Source: Candidatus Undinarchaeota archaeon (GTDB lineage: Archaea; Undinarchaeota; Undinarchaeia; Undinarchaeales; UBA543). From it: DNA of 36,704 nucleotides. The notes beneath the pieces are model-generated. The model was not told the origin of the DNA. It worked only from the letters and a program-made list of their open reading frames with translations, and did not search any database. Every line of letters begins with the position of its first letter. The first letter of the stretch is position 1. The stretch spans positions 1 through 36,704 of the forward strand of contig CAZWSR010000005.1 of assembly GCA_964636545.1 (NCBI GenBank), read 5' to 3'. The position numbers and the translations under genes were made by a program. This document shows positions 8,918 to 18,475 of the stretch, piece after piece.

Positions 8918-10374
8918 TAAACCACCACCTCCCTTAGCCATTTGAGATCATTGAAATAATAAAAACTACGAATATCTTTTAATCCAAGACGCATCATTAT
9001 TGGCCTTTCCAAACTCAAACCCCAAGCAAGCACTGGAACATTTATTCCAAGTGGCTCTGTAACTTCTGGTCTGAGCAATCCAGAACCGCCAAGCTCAATC
9101 CATTCCTTCCGTTCTGGCAACCAAACTTCAATTTCAGTACTCATTTCAGTGTATGGGAAGTATGCTGGTCTGAATCTGACTTTTTCAAAGCCCATTCTGT
9201 AAAAGAACTCTTTAAGATAACCAAGAAGGTCATTGAAAGTAACATTTTCATCAATTACAATTCCGTCAATTTGTGTAAATTCTGGTAAGTGTTTGTAATC
9301 AAGTGTTTCATTTCTGAAAACGCGACCAATTGAGAAGATTTTTGCAGGTGGTTTGCTTTTTGAAAGCCACCGTGCAGTAACTGAAGTTGTGTGAGTTCTC
9401 AAAATTGGCTGTTTTGAAACATCTTCCTGCCAATCATACTGCCATCCAGATGAGCCAACTGTTCCTTCCTCGTGTGCTTTCTTGACTGCATCAACCATTT
9501 TCGGATCTGGAAGCTGAGTTTTTTCAGGATTTTTCAAATAGAAAGTATCTGCAAGGTCTCGCGCTGGATGATCTTGTGGCTGAAAGAGTGCATCAAAATT
9601 CCAGAAAGTACTTTCAACTAATGGACCTTCTGCTTCTTCAAAACCAAGTTCAAGGAAAATTCTGCGGATTTTGTTCTTTGCAATTGTTAATGGGTGCATT
9701 CGACCGCCATGAATTTTTGGAACAGGTGCATTCAAATCATATTTTCTGAAAGTTTTACCTTTCCATTTGCCTGTTTTAAGCATTTCATGAGTGAGCTGGT
9801 GTGCGGTTTTGCCTCCAGTAACTTTAACATCATTCTTAAGTGTGAGTTCATAGTGAGCTTTTATGCTAATATTCACTAATCCGCGCTTTTTCAGGGTTTG
9901 AAGAAGTGCATCTTCAACTTTTTCAGAATTAGAAACAGAAACTAATGCTTTTTCAGCTGGAAGCTCTTTCCCAATTGCATCTTTTCCAAGACCTGTGAGT
10001 GAAACTTTTCCATCAAGAACACTGACAAATGCATTTTTCCGCAAAATGCCAAGTATTGCTGAAACTTCTCGTGGCTCAAGTCCTGCTGTTTCGGCAAGTT
10101 CAGGAACTGTTTTCTTGTCAGAGCCAAGTTTTTTCAAAAGTTTCTTTTCAGGTAAGCCATCTTTCAAGTATTTTTTACCAAGTTCAGTTAATTCAATAAC
10201 TTCATTTTCTTTTTTCTGCAAATCCACAATACCTTTTTGTGATAATGAGTATCCAAAACGCTCTGCCTGAATCTTTTCAACATCCCCTGCTTTTGCTACT
10301 TCTTCAGCAGTTCCACTACCATTAAGTTTTTTCAGGCCTTCAAGCACTTTTTGCTCAAGAGGATGTAAATCCAT
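8917..10374 (-). CDS. pheS: Phenylalanine-tRNA ligase alpha subunit (archaeal type)
   Basis: FWNFDALFQPQDHPARD, LRTHTT, FRNE, YFPYTE, ELGGSG, WGLSLER. Confidence 0.98.
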   Translation of the reverse strand: MDLHPLEQKVLEGLKKLNGSGTAEEVAKAGDVEKIQAERFGYSLSQKGIVDLQKKENEVIELTELGKKYLKDGLPEKKLLKKLGSDKKTVPELAETAGLEPREVSAILGILRKNAFVSVLDGKVSLTGLGKDAIGKELPAEKALVSVSNSEKVEDALLQTLKKRGLVNISIKAHYELTLKNDVKVTGGKTAHQLTHEMLKTGKWKGKTFRKYDLNAPVPKIHGGRMHPLTIAKNKIRRIFLELGFEEAEGPLVESTFWNFDALFQPQDHPARDLADTFYLKNPEKTQLPDPKMVDAVKKAHEEGTVGSSGWQYDWQEDVSKQPILRTHTTSVTARWLSKSKPPAKIFSIGRVFRNETLDYKHLPEFTQIDGIVIDENVTFNDLLGYLKEFFYRMGFEKVRFRPAYFPYTEMSTEIEVWLPERKEWIELGGSGLLRPEVTEPLGINVPVLAWGLSLERPIMMRLGLKDIRSFYYFNDLKWLREVVV

Positions 10375-10427
10375 TGGAGTATGGTAAGAAACAAGTGGTT
10401 AAAAAGGGTTTTGGCACGAAATGAAGA

Positions 10428-11195
10428 CTATCCACTAAATAGCTTTTTCAGGACATCCATTGTGTACAAAACCATTGCTTGTGTTTGTCCTTTGCTTGGA
10501 TAAAATGCATCTTTTTTCTTGTGAACAGAGTAAATTCGAACCTGATTTATCATGTGAATCTGCTGAGTAAGTCCTGGATCAAACTTAACACCTTTTTCAG
10601 ATAGTTTTCCAATTAATTTTCCTAAACCAAGACCAGGACTGGTTTCAAGCAAGTCATTCCCACTTACTTCAAAATATTTTCGATTCAAAGCAGCTTCAAG
10701 TATTCGGCCGCAAATAATTACTGAAGAACGATAGCATCCAGCATCAAATCCCTTGCGGATTTCATTCATATCTGCCATAACATCATCTGTTATTTCATCA
10801 GGAAGCTCTGGAACTTGAAAACTGATTGAGCTACTTGCTGAACCAACGCTTGTAGGCAAAATAAGTTTAGATGACAGTGTTGATAATTCAGAACAGGATT
10901 TTGCAAGAGAAGGAATTGGAGTGTTTTGAGAAAGTGTATTAACTTTATTTAAAATATCAAGAAGTAAGATTTCGTTTGATGGGTCAGCAGAACGGACTTC
11001 AGTAAGACCCCACACACTTTTTTGAACACCAGATAATGCACGAGTGATTGCAAGTTGCAAATATTTTGACTTTCCAGCTTTATAATCTAGGATTTCATTG
11101 CCGCCATTTGATGAACCACCTTGTGTTTTATAATCAGATATGGATTTAGCTAAAGCAGTTAGATTCTTCTTGAAAGAATTTACAGAGTCAGCCAT
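10428..11195 (-). CDS. Protein with C-terminal DUF4145/HEPN-like domain
   Basis: YRSSVIICGRILEAAL, LGKLI and R-x4-H (RIYSVH). Confidence 0.75.
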   Translation of the reverse strand: MADSVNSFKKNLTALAKSISDYKTQGGSSNGGNEILDYKAGKSKYLQLAITRALSGVQKSVWGLTEVRSADPSNEILLLDILNKVNTLSQNTPIPSLAKSCSELSTLSSKLILPTSVGSASSSISFQVPELPDEITDDVMADMNEIRKGFDAGCYRSSVIICGRILEAALNRKYFEVSGNDLLETSPGLGLGKLIGKLSEKGVKFDPGLTQQIHMINQVRIYSVHKKKDAFYPSKGQTQAMVLYTMDVLKKLFSG

Positions 11196-11231
11196 TCTAA
11201 TAATTGATAAGGAGAGGTTGTTAATATGTTT

Positions 11232-11708
11232 TTAGGCGAACAAGTGTATCATCCACCAGCCAGCTTTGATGTACAAGAACCAGCTAAAGAAAGTAGAGAT
11301 TAATGCAAACTTAATTATGCCTTGTGCATCTCCACCAGTCATGAACATTATGAGATTTGATGCAAGATTGTAAATAATTGTAAATGTCATTGCAGTTTTA
11401 ATAAAAGTAGCAGATGTTATTGGAAACATTAGAGTTGAAAAAGTAAGACCTGCAAGGCACGCAATCATTATCACAATATAATGCAATTGATATGGAAACA
11501 TGAAAAATGAGATAATAATCATTAAAGATGCAACAATTAATCCAACAAGTGGAGAAATTGCATAACTTAGTATAATCGCAATCGGCAACCATATTTCAAG
11601 ACCTTGAATACCATATTTTCGAGCCCAATATGACATAAAAGAGCCAGCTAAAGTTAAACCTCCGAGAAGCAATATAGTATACATGAATGATAAACTCATT
11701 TTAGTCAA
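11232..11708 (-). CDS. Small polytopic membrane protein
   Basis: 158 aa, about 5-6 hydrophobic segments, overlaps the glyS stop. Confidence 0.75.
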   Translation of the reverse strand: MTKMSLSFMYTILLLGGLTLAGSFMSYWARKYGIQGLEIWLPIAIILSYAISPLVGLIVASLMIIISFFMFPYQLHYIVIMIACLAGLTFSTLMFPITSATFIKTAMTFTIIYNLASNLIMFMTGGDAQGIIKFALISTFFSWFLYIKAGWWMIHLFA

Positions 11709-13170
11709 ACACCTTAAGAATATCCTTTATTTTCACCCTTTTCTGCTTTGTGGAATCGCGTTCTCGCACAGTAACGGCCTTGTCTTTCATAGAATCAAAA
11801 TCAATAGTAATGCAATAAGGAATTCCGATTTCATCAGAACGAGCATATCGGCGCCCAATTGAACCTTTTGTATCCAGTTGTGCAAAAATATTATTTTCAG
11901 TTAAAGTGCTGTGAACTTTTTCAGCAATATCAGGAAGTTTTTCCTTGTTTACAAGTGGGAAAACAGCTGCCTGAACTGGTGAAATTGATTTGTCAAATGC
12001 AAAATAAGTTCGCTTTTCTTCTTCTCGGAAGGCATTTTCAGTAACACACCAAACTGGCCTGTCAATTCCAAATGATGCTTCAATAACATGAGGAATAAAT
12101 TTGGAACCGTCATCAAGCACAGCCTGCATATCCTGTTTTGAAAGTGCAGAATGTCCACCAACATCATAATCAGTACGATTTGCAATTGCAGCAACTTCAA
12201 TCCACCCAAAATCCTCGCTTTTTATTTCAATGTCCCAAGTACAGGATGAATAATGAGCTCGCTCATCTTTTAATTGCTCTCTGCAACGGATTTCTGATCT
12301 TGGAATTCCAAGATTTTCAAAGAATTTTTCAGAAATTGCTAAGTAGTATGCATGAATCTCTGTTGGAATCAAGCCTTTTTTCACAGCATCCCCAACATTC
12401 ATTTCAATAACTTCATAGCGATCTTGCTCCTGGTATTCTGCTGTTAGAAACGGAATTGTGTCATTTTTTACATCTTTGAATTTTTCATGGCTAGTAATTT
12501 TTGGATTAAAGAAAACTTCAGCTTCTGCTTGTGAAAATTCACGAAGGCGAATCATTCCCTGTCTTGGACTAATTTCATTTCTGTAAGCTTTTCCAATTTG
12601 GCAAACACCAAGTGGAAGTCGTTTTCTACCAACCTGGAATAATCTCTGGAATGAGGTGAATGCACCCTGAGCTGTTTCTGGACGAAGATAAACATCGCGT
12701 TTTACTTTTCCAGAACCTGTTTCTGATTTAAACATTAAGTTGAAAGTCCATGCATCGCCAAATCGCTGTTTGCATTTTTTGCATTGGATCTTGTTATCTT
12801 TGATTAGTTTGTTTAATTCTTTCAAACCCATTCCATCTGTTTCAATTTCAAGTGCTTTTTTCACAATATGATCTGCTCTGTAAGTTTCTCCACATTTTGC
12901 ACATTCAACAATTGGGTCGGTGAAGTGGTCAAGGTGTCCTGAAGCAGTGAAAACATCACCTGGCATAAGTGTTGGTGTTTCAATTTCAAACATTCCTTCC
13001 TTGATAAGGAATAATTTGCGCCAAGACTCTTCAATATTGCGCTTTAATCGTGCTCCTACTGGCCCATAGTCGTAGAAACCAGCTAATCCACCATAAATCT
13101 CTGAGCTAGGCCACATTAGTCCGCGCTGGAGCGCAATTCGCATAATCCTGTCACACTTTCGTTCAGTCAT
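11701..13170 (-). CDS. glyS: Glycine-tRNA ligase (archaeal/eukaryotic alpha2 type)
   Basis: IYGGLAGFYDYGP, LRPETAQG, RNEISPRQG.IRLREFSQAE, HVIEASFGIDR, SIGRRYARSDEIG. Confidence 0.98.
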   Translation of the reverse strand: MTERKCDRIMRIALQRGLMWPSSEIYGGLAGFYDYGPVGARLKRNIEESWRKLFLIKEGMFEIETPTLMPGDVFTASGHLDHFTDPIVECAKCGETYRADHIVKKALEIETDGMGLKELNKLIKDNKIQCKKCKQRFGDAWTFNLMFKSETGSGKVKRDVYLRPETAQGAFTSFQRLFQVGRKRLPLGVCQIGKAYRNEISPRQGMIRLREFSQAEAEVFFNPKITSHEKFKDVKNDTIPFLTAEYQEQDRYEVIEMNVGDAVKKGLIPTEIHAYYLAISEKFFENLGIPRSEIRCREQLKDERAHYSSCTWDIEIKSEDFGWIEVAAIANRTDYDVGGHSALSKQDMQAVLDDGSKFIPHVIEASFGIDRPVWCVTENAFREEEKRTYFAFDKSISPVQAAVFPLVNKEKLPDIAEKVHSTLTENNIFAQLDTKGSIGRRYARSDEIGIPYCITIDFDSMKDKAVTVRERDSTKQKRVKIKDILKVFD

Positions 13171-13218
13171 GGTGATAGTGTTAGAACTAACCCTTTATAA
13201 AATTTACATAAAGAAGAA

Positions 13219-14166
13219 TTATTTCCTCTTCCTAGCTTTCTTCTTTTCTTCACCCAAGAACTTCAACTGCAAATCACGCAAATCAACTCTTCCACCTTTC
13301 TCAAATTCAGCAAATGCTTCAGCACCTCTTTCCTGCGCAGATTTCTTGCCTTCCTCAACTCTCTGAACTTCCCATTCTTCTTTAGATTCCTGAATCTGAC
13401 CACGGATTTCACTGAGGCGATTCAAATCAGTTTCATGCTCTGCCTCAATCTTTTTCAGCTTGTCAAGTGCATCAACAACATCCTGATGTTTTGCATCTGC
13501 TTTTTCACGAGCTGCTTTTAGTTTTTCATATAATGCAACAAGATTCTGATGAACCTCTTCTGATTTCTTTGAAAGATCCATCACATTTGAGTGGAAAGTT
13601 CGTGCGTCCTTGTCTTGTTTAACAACACCCATTCGCGCATTATCAAATTGTTCAAGTGTTTTCAAGCGTTTTTCCAAATCCTTCACCACTTTACTGCGCT
13701 TTTTTTCCTCAGCAAAATTAAATCCTTGAGTTTCAATTTCCCAGCGCATGTTCTTGACTTTTTTTCTAAGCATTTGAAGTTCTGAAGAACCCCTACGAGT
13801 TGGAGCATCGCCAAATTCCTTTTTGAAAACTTTTCTAAGAGAAGATGCTTGCTGATTTATGTCATCGCGCTTCTTTTTCTCATCCTGAACTAGTTTGTTT
13901 AATTCATCGCGCTCAGTTTTAATTTTGCGAACATCTTCACTAACTAGTTTGACTTTGTCATTAAGAGCATCGCGCTCTTTTCTAATACCTATAAGAATAA
14001 TTGCTTGCTCACGCAATGGCTCTAAACGTTCGAAAATAAGATTTTTTTCATTATCAAGCTTGTTGATAGGAGTATCTGAAGAAATTTCGCCTTTTATTTT
14101 AACAACTGGACTAGGAGTGTTTTTCTTTTCCTTGTTAGTGTTAGTTTTCTTCCCACGTTCAGCCAT
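13219..14166 (-). CDS. Archaeal coiled-coil protein (COG1340-like)
   Basis: Repeated RD(A/E)LN heptads, ADAKH, C-terminal FEKGGRVDLRDL. Confidence 0.8.
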   Translation of the reverse strand: MAERGKKTNTNKEKKNTPSPVVKIKGEISSDTPINKLDNEKNLIFERLEPLREQAIILIGIRKERDALNDKVKLVSEDVRKIKTERDELNKLVQDEKKKRDDINQQASSLRKVFKKEFGDAPTRRGSSELQMLRKKVKNMRWEIETQGFNFAEEKKRSKVVKDLEKRLKTLEQFDNARMGVVKQDKDARTFHSNVMDLSKKSEEVHQNLVALYEKLKAAREKADAKHQDVVDALDKLKKIEAEHETDLNRLSEIRGQIQESKEEWEVQRVEEGKKSAQERGAEAFAEFEKGGRVDLRDLQLKFLGEEKKKARKRK

Positions 14167-14167
14167 T

Positions 14168-15289
14168 TTAATCGCTAACCAAGAACTCTTTGACCTTGGT
14201 TTTTGCCTTCTCCCTTTCAGCTTGATGCTTTTTCAAGAAGTTGTTAATATACTTCACAAGACACTGTTTGCATTCCCCACACAACAGCTTTCCTGCCTTA
14301 CATTTCTTATATCGCTCCTTTAAATCTTTATCGCTTTGCTCAAAAAAGTAATAATCATACTTATACACTGTACAATTGTCAGGATCTCCACCTTTCTTTT
14401 TTTGCGCTTCAGCTGTATCGCGACCGCCAGTAAGTGCGTATTTGTTGATTTTAGTCTTAACTTCCTCAGCAGAATCCGTCATTGCGATATACGACATTTC
14501 ATCACTACTTGACATTTTGCCTCCGCCCTTCAGCCCTGGCAAGAATGAGTGATAAGTTGAGCTTAATTGTATGAAATCATGGCCTTTGTAGCGATTCCCC
14601 ATGTCGCGTGCAATTCGCAAGTGGGGGTCCTGGTCAATTCCAACAGGCACAAGAACTGGAATTTTGCCATTAAATTCAGGAAGCTGTGCATGAAACATGT
14701 CAGATGCCTGCAAAAGTGAAGCATTCATTTTGCCTGGAGAAAGTGAACCATATATTGCTTTGAATTCATTGAATGTTGCATGTCTTGAAAAGTTTGAAGC
14801 TAATCTGTAGTATGCATTTGACTTTTTGGGATCAGTAGAACGGTCGCTTTGGAAGTAGAAATCACATTTTTTTGGATCTAGCCCAAGGGCAATATAATTC
14901 AGCAAGTACTGGTCAATTGCAACTTCCCTAAGTTCTTCTAAGCTTTTGTTTCTAGCATTGTAAGCTTCAAGATCAGCAACTGCAACATACAATTTTGCAC
15001 CAAGTTTCTGATAGAAAATCATTTGCTGAGCTAACAGCATGTGACCAAGATGAAATTTTCCAGATGGCATTAAACCAGTCATCATCACAAACTTCTGTTT
15101 GTTCTTGATAGCACTCATTATTCTGCCAAAATCGCGATGAGCAAATACAATACCTCGTCTAAATAAAACATTTTTCTGGAACTCTGCAGGAAGATCTTTC
15201 AGTGGCTGGATTCCGAATTCCTTAATCAATTTAGCATAATCAATATCTCCAGAAACTTCCCACGGTGTTACAGTAAATTCTTCTGCCAT
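14168..15289 (-). CDS. trpS: Tryptophan-tRNA ligase
   Basis: VTPWEV, GLMPSGKFHLGH, PVGIDQDPH, KMSSS, ALTGGR. Confidence 0.98.
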   Translation of the reverse strand: MAEEFTVTPWEVSGDIDYAKLIKEFGIQPLKDLPAEFQKNVLFRRGIVFAHRDFGRIMSAIKNKQKFVMMTGLMPSGKFHLGHMLLAQQMIFYQKLGAKLYVAVADLEAYNARNKSLEELREVAIDQYLLNYIALGLDPKKCDFYFQSDRSTDPKKSNAYYRLASNFSRHATFNEFKAIYGSLSPGKMNASLLQASDMFHAQLPEFNGKIPVLVPVGIDQDPHLRIARDMGNRYKGHDFIQLSSTYHSFLPGLKGGGKMSSSDEMSYIAMTDSAEEVKTKINKYALTGGRDTAEAQKKKGGDPDNCTVYKYDYYFFEQSDKDLKERYKKCKAGKLLCGECKQCLVKYINNFLKKHQAEREKAKTKVKEFLVSD

Positions 15290-15327
15290 ATTGCTGTATA
15301 GAAATTAGTGGTTTTTAAGGTTATTGA

Positions 15328-15717
15328 CTACTGTTTAACCCACCAACCAACTAAGCTCAAGTTCCTCCCATCAGGTTTTAAGAATTTCAATTGAATTAAG
15401 TCAAGTGCCATGTGAACTGAAAAGCCAAGTAGCGCATACCAGAAAATTTCAAAATATAATGCACCAATCATCAAAGGAATAAACCACTCAACCCAGTGGA
15501 GCGGAAGCACAATGTGGTGAGCTGTTTCTGCATTTAAGAAATACTTGAATGCCTTGGTAATGCTGAATGTTCTGAATTTCATAATGTGCCATAAATAATG
15601 GTCAGCATCAACTAAAACACCAAAAGCAAGAACAGTTAAAATATTAAGCCAGCCAGCACTCTGGTAAAGCATAACGCAGATTGCTGATGTTATTATGAAG
15701 TGATGTTGGATTTTCAT
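15328..15717 (-). CDS. Membrane-bound metal-dependent hydrolase-like protein (YdjM-like)
   Basis: N-terminal HH, VDADH, PLH and HMALD motifs between TM segments. Confidence 0.7.
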   Translation of the reverse strand: MKIQHHFIITSAICVMLYQSAGWLNILTVLAFGVLVDADHYLWHIMKFRTFSITKAFKYFLNAETAHHIVLPLHWVEWFIPLMIGALYFEIFWYALLGFSVHMALDLIQLKFLKPDGRNLSLVGWWVKQ

Positions 15718-16328
15718 AAATGTAGTTCACACCCCTCTATTTTAGTATCTAAACGATTAAGAACATCTGTGTCAAACTTTGCACCTCTATTTTTTTCATT
15801 CTGCTTTGCGTCATCAAAAAACTTTTTTGCATTTTCCCATGCTTTTATTTTCATTAAACAGTCACCTGTTTTTTCACACCAATCAGACAAAGATACATAA
15901 TTACGGTCCTCGTTTTTATGATGCCCTGCTTCATTAGATATTGCCCATTGAAACGCTTCAGCTGCTTGTTTAGGCTGACCTGTAATACTAATATACAATT
16001 CTCCTTGCTCAGCGCAATATACTGCAATAGCGTGATAGTTTGGATCTCTTGACCTTTGTTCTAGCTTGCTTGCTTCTTGATATGCCTTTAAAGCAATTCG
16101 AATACTTTTCGTACTCTTAATACGACGATGTGCAAGTTCACATTTTGCATACCAAGCAGAACAAAGAGCACGAGTGTGAGGATCAAGTTTGCTTCTCCTA
16201 GACAATCCCTTAAATCGTCCCTTAGCTGCCTGGATTCTTCCTTGTTCAAATAAAACCTTGGCCTGATCAAAATCAGAAGTTCCAAAAATTTTACATAGAC
16301 CAGATAAACTAAGTTTTTCACCTTTCAT
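15714..16328 (-). CDS. Helical-repeat (TPR-like) hypothetical protein
   Basis: Repeats such as AAEAFQWAI and GDCLMKIKAWENAKKFFDDA; tightly coupled to both neighbours. Confidence 0.65.
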   Translation of the reverse strand: MKGEKLSLSGLCKIFGTSDFDQAKVLFEQGRIQAAKGRFKGLSRRSKLDPHTRALCSAWYAKCELAHRRIKSTKSIRIALKAYQEASKLEQRSRDPNYHAIAVYCAEQGELYISITGQPKQAAEAFQWAISNEAGHHKNEDRNYVSLSDWCEKTGDCLMKIKAWENAKKFFDDAKQNEKNRGAKFDTDVLNRLDTKIEGCELHL

Positions 16329-16329
16329 T

Positions 16330-17256
16330 TTACTTCAATCTTTCTTTCAACGCAGAGGTTATTAAAGGTAACGCTATTGTTGCATCTGCAATTACATCAA
16401 CCATTTCAGAGGCCTCACCAAATTTGCCCCAGGAAACGCCTTCATGCAAGCTTGCTCCTGATAATCCACCTGGTTCGGGCCTGTCTGTTGTAATCTGAAC
16501 TCCGTAAGAATGTCCTTTGTCAATAAACTGAGCTGCCTGAATTATGTGGTTTTTAGGAACACCACCACCAATTAGGAAAGCAGCGCTCTTTTTTGAATCC
16601 TGAACCAATTTGATTGGTTCACCAATGTCTTTGAGTGCGCTGATGTTCAAATGATTGCTAGGTCCTTCTTGATTATAGAAATAAGTCATTACACCAAGAC
16701 CAGAATCAAAAAATCCAGGTGAAAATACTGGAATATTCTTGTTAACTGCTGTTTTGAGCCATGAATTTTCCCCAGGAATATTTTTTCCAAGAACTTCAAG
16801 GAATTCGCGAATACTGATTTCTTCGCGAGGCACTTTCTCAAGAACTGGTCTAAGCCAGTCTTCCAAACCAATATATGCACCTTGCGGAAGTGAGCTATCA
16901 AATAAGCGGTTTACGCCTTTCTTGTGCAGTTCAGCATCATCAAAACTGTCGCAGATTTCATGTTTTGTGCCAAGTGCTTCAACAATATCATGCACAACCA
17001 TTGCACCAGTTGTTACAATTGCATTCAACCAGCCATCATTAATCATGTCAATTAGGATTTGTTGCATTCCACCAGGAACCATACATCCAGCTAATCCAAA
17101 GAGAATATTACATTCAGGATCAGAAATTGCTTTTTCCAGAACATCGACTGCTTTTCCAACGCGTCCAGCACCCATTACACCTGCTTTTGACAATTCCTTG
17201 CAAAGCTCATCAGTTGTCATTCCTGGCTTTGTTTTTACTTGATGTACGGGTTTCAT
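16330..17256 (-). CDS. dys: Deoxyhypusine synthase family protein
   Basis: IVTTGA..VHD, GGGVPKNH, GGLSGA...EGVSWGK with catalytic Lys, DATIALP. Confidence 0.92.
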   Translation of the reverse strand: MKPVHQVKTKPGMTTDELCKELSKAGVMGAGRVGKAVDVLEKAISDPECNILFGLAGCMVPGGMQQILIDMINDGWLNAIVTTGAMVVHDIVEALGTKHEICDSFDDAELHKKGVNRLFDSSLPQGAYIGLEDWLRPVLEKVPREEISIREFLEVLGKNIPGENSWLKTAVNKNIPVFSPGFFDSGLGVMTYFYNQEGPSNHLNISALKDIGEPIKLVQDSKKSAAFLIGGGVPKNHIIQAAQFIDKGHSYGVQITTDRPEPGGLSGASLHEGVSWGKFGEASEMVDVIADATIALPLITSALKERLK

Positions 17257-17310
17257 TACAGATTATCATTTCCAAAACTTGTTATATAGTTTTCCGTAAC
17301 AAAAAATAAT

Positions 17311-17586
17311 CTAAAGTCCAAATGCTTCTTGGAACTCGCACATTTTCCTATACTGCGCAAGATACTCATTTCCTTTATCAGTTAAAACATAGACTTTCTT
17401 TTTCTCATCAATTCCCTCGGCCATAAGATCTTTTTCCATAAGCTCGTCAACATATTCCTTCATTAACTGATGAGATAAATTAGCTTTATACATTAAGTGA
17501 GTAGGCTTTATCAGTCCGCCTTTTCTCTGTATTGCAGCAAGCATGTCATGGATGATATCCATGCGGCTGCGTCTTGGTTTAGCCAT
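17311..17586 (-). CDS. Archaeal winged helix-turn-helix regulator
   Basis: RRSRMDIIHDML..KPTHLMYKANLS..Y..EL..YVLTDKG.EYL pattern. Confidence 0.88.
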   Translation of the reverse strand: MAKPRRSRMDIIHDMLAAIQRKGGLIKPTHLMYKANLSHQLMKEYVDELMEKDLMAEGIDEKKKVYVLTDKGNEYLAQYRKMCEFQEAFGL

Positions 17587-17587
17587 T

Positions 17588-18301
17588 TTATTTCTTTTTC
17601 TTTACCACTAGCTTATAATACACATACAAGAGCATTAGGAAACCAATAAGCTGTAATGCTTCTGCAAGCACGTAGAAGTACAAGTGGATTATGACAAGTG
17701 TGAATGCAAGCTGTGCCGCCATCAACACAATGAATGCGTTAAGCAAGGATTTGACATTTTTGTTCTTTTTGTGACCGCGTTTTCCAAGAAATGCGTCATA
17801 GTAGAACTGTGCAATAAACAAGAGTAATATTGCGGTTGTGACATAAAAAATTGGATACGCCCACATACTGAAAGTGGTTGCCACAATAAGCATGGTTATG
17901 AGATATGCACTGAAGAGTATGAGTTTTTTCGCTTGGTACTTGTGAATAACAAAGTATACTCCAAGCAAACCAAGTAGCATTAGCAAGCGGTATCCAAGGA
18001 ATCCGCCAACATAGAGCAAGTGCTCAACAGCAAGGGTGTGATGACCGTACATGAAAAAACCAATATGTTTAACAGCACCGACAGTGCTAGATGCAAACGA
18101 TAGATTAGTTATTATTTTGGCAATAAAACCAAGAGCAATGGCCAAAAAGGATAATGAAAAGTATTTGTGGTTGCCTTGTTTAGATAATCTGTACATTTTG
18201 AAGCTGTAAAACGCTATCAAGAGAGCAACTAGTACAGCTACTCCTTCAAAAATACAATCTATTCCATAAAACCACCGTGGGGTGAATACAACACTAACCA
18301 T
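17588..18301 (-). CDS. Seven-TM membrane protein, putative sensor partner of the wHTH gene
   Basis: About 7 hydrophobic segments; 1-nt gap to the wHTH gene; TATA-like TTTATAA at 18324-18330. Confidence 0.8.
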   Translation of the reverse strand: MVSVVFTPRWFYGIDCIFEGVAVLVALLIAFYSFKMYRLSKQGNHKYFSLSFLAIALGFIAKIITNLSFASSTVGAVKHIGFFMYGHHTLAVEHLLYVGGFLGYRLLMLLGLLGVYFVIHKYQAKKLILFSAYLITMLIVATTFSMWAYPIFYVTTAILLLFIAQFYYDAFLGKRGHKKNKNVKSLLNAFIVLMAAQLAFTLVIIHLYFYVLAEALQLIGFLMLLYVYYKLVVKKKK

Positions 18302-18343
18302 ATTGAAGGGTAATTAGACTTAATTTATAAAGGTTGTTATGTG

Positions 18344-18410
18344 GAATTTAGAATTTGGAGTTTCGAGTTTGGAGTGGAATTCTAAACTCTAAATTCCAAA
18401 ATCCAAACTC
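18344..18410. repeat. Imperfect palindrome built from 7-bp units
   Basis: GAATTTA GAATTTG GAGTTTC GAGTTTG GAG ... TTC TAAACTC TAAATTC CAAAATC CAAACTC. Confidence 0.85.
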
Positions 18411-18451
18411 TGCATATAGAACCATCTTCTGTATAACCTATTCATAGCCCC

Positions 18452-18459
18452 TTTATATA
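18452..18459 (+). promoter_or_regulatory. Archaeal TATA box upstream of candidate ncRNA
   Basis: TTTATATA consensus match directly upstream of the structured segment. Confidence 0.55.
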
Positions 18460-18475
18460 CCCCAAAACAAGCTTT

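Noticed and set aside
16739-17242. Long antisense or alternate-frame ORFs (also 13895-14323, 30776-31156, 34387-34956, 35684-36136 and others)
   Set aside because: They overlap well-supported genes and show no recognisable motifs.
18344-18410. CRISPR array
   Set aside because: Units are 7 bp with no spacers, and there are no cas genes in the window; the same applies to 19668-19744 and 3357-3415.
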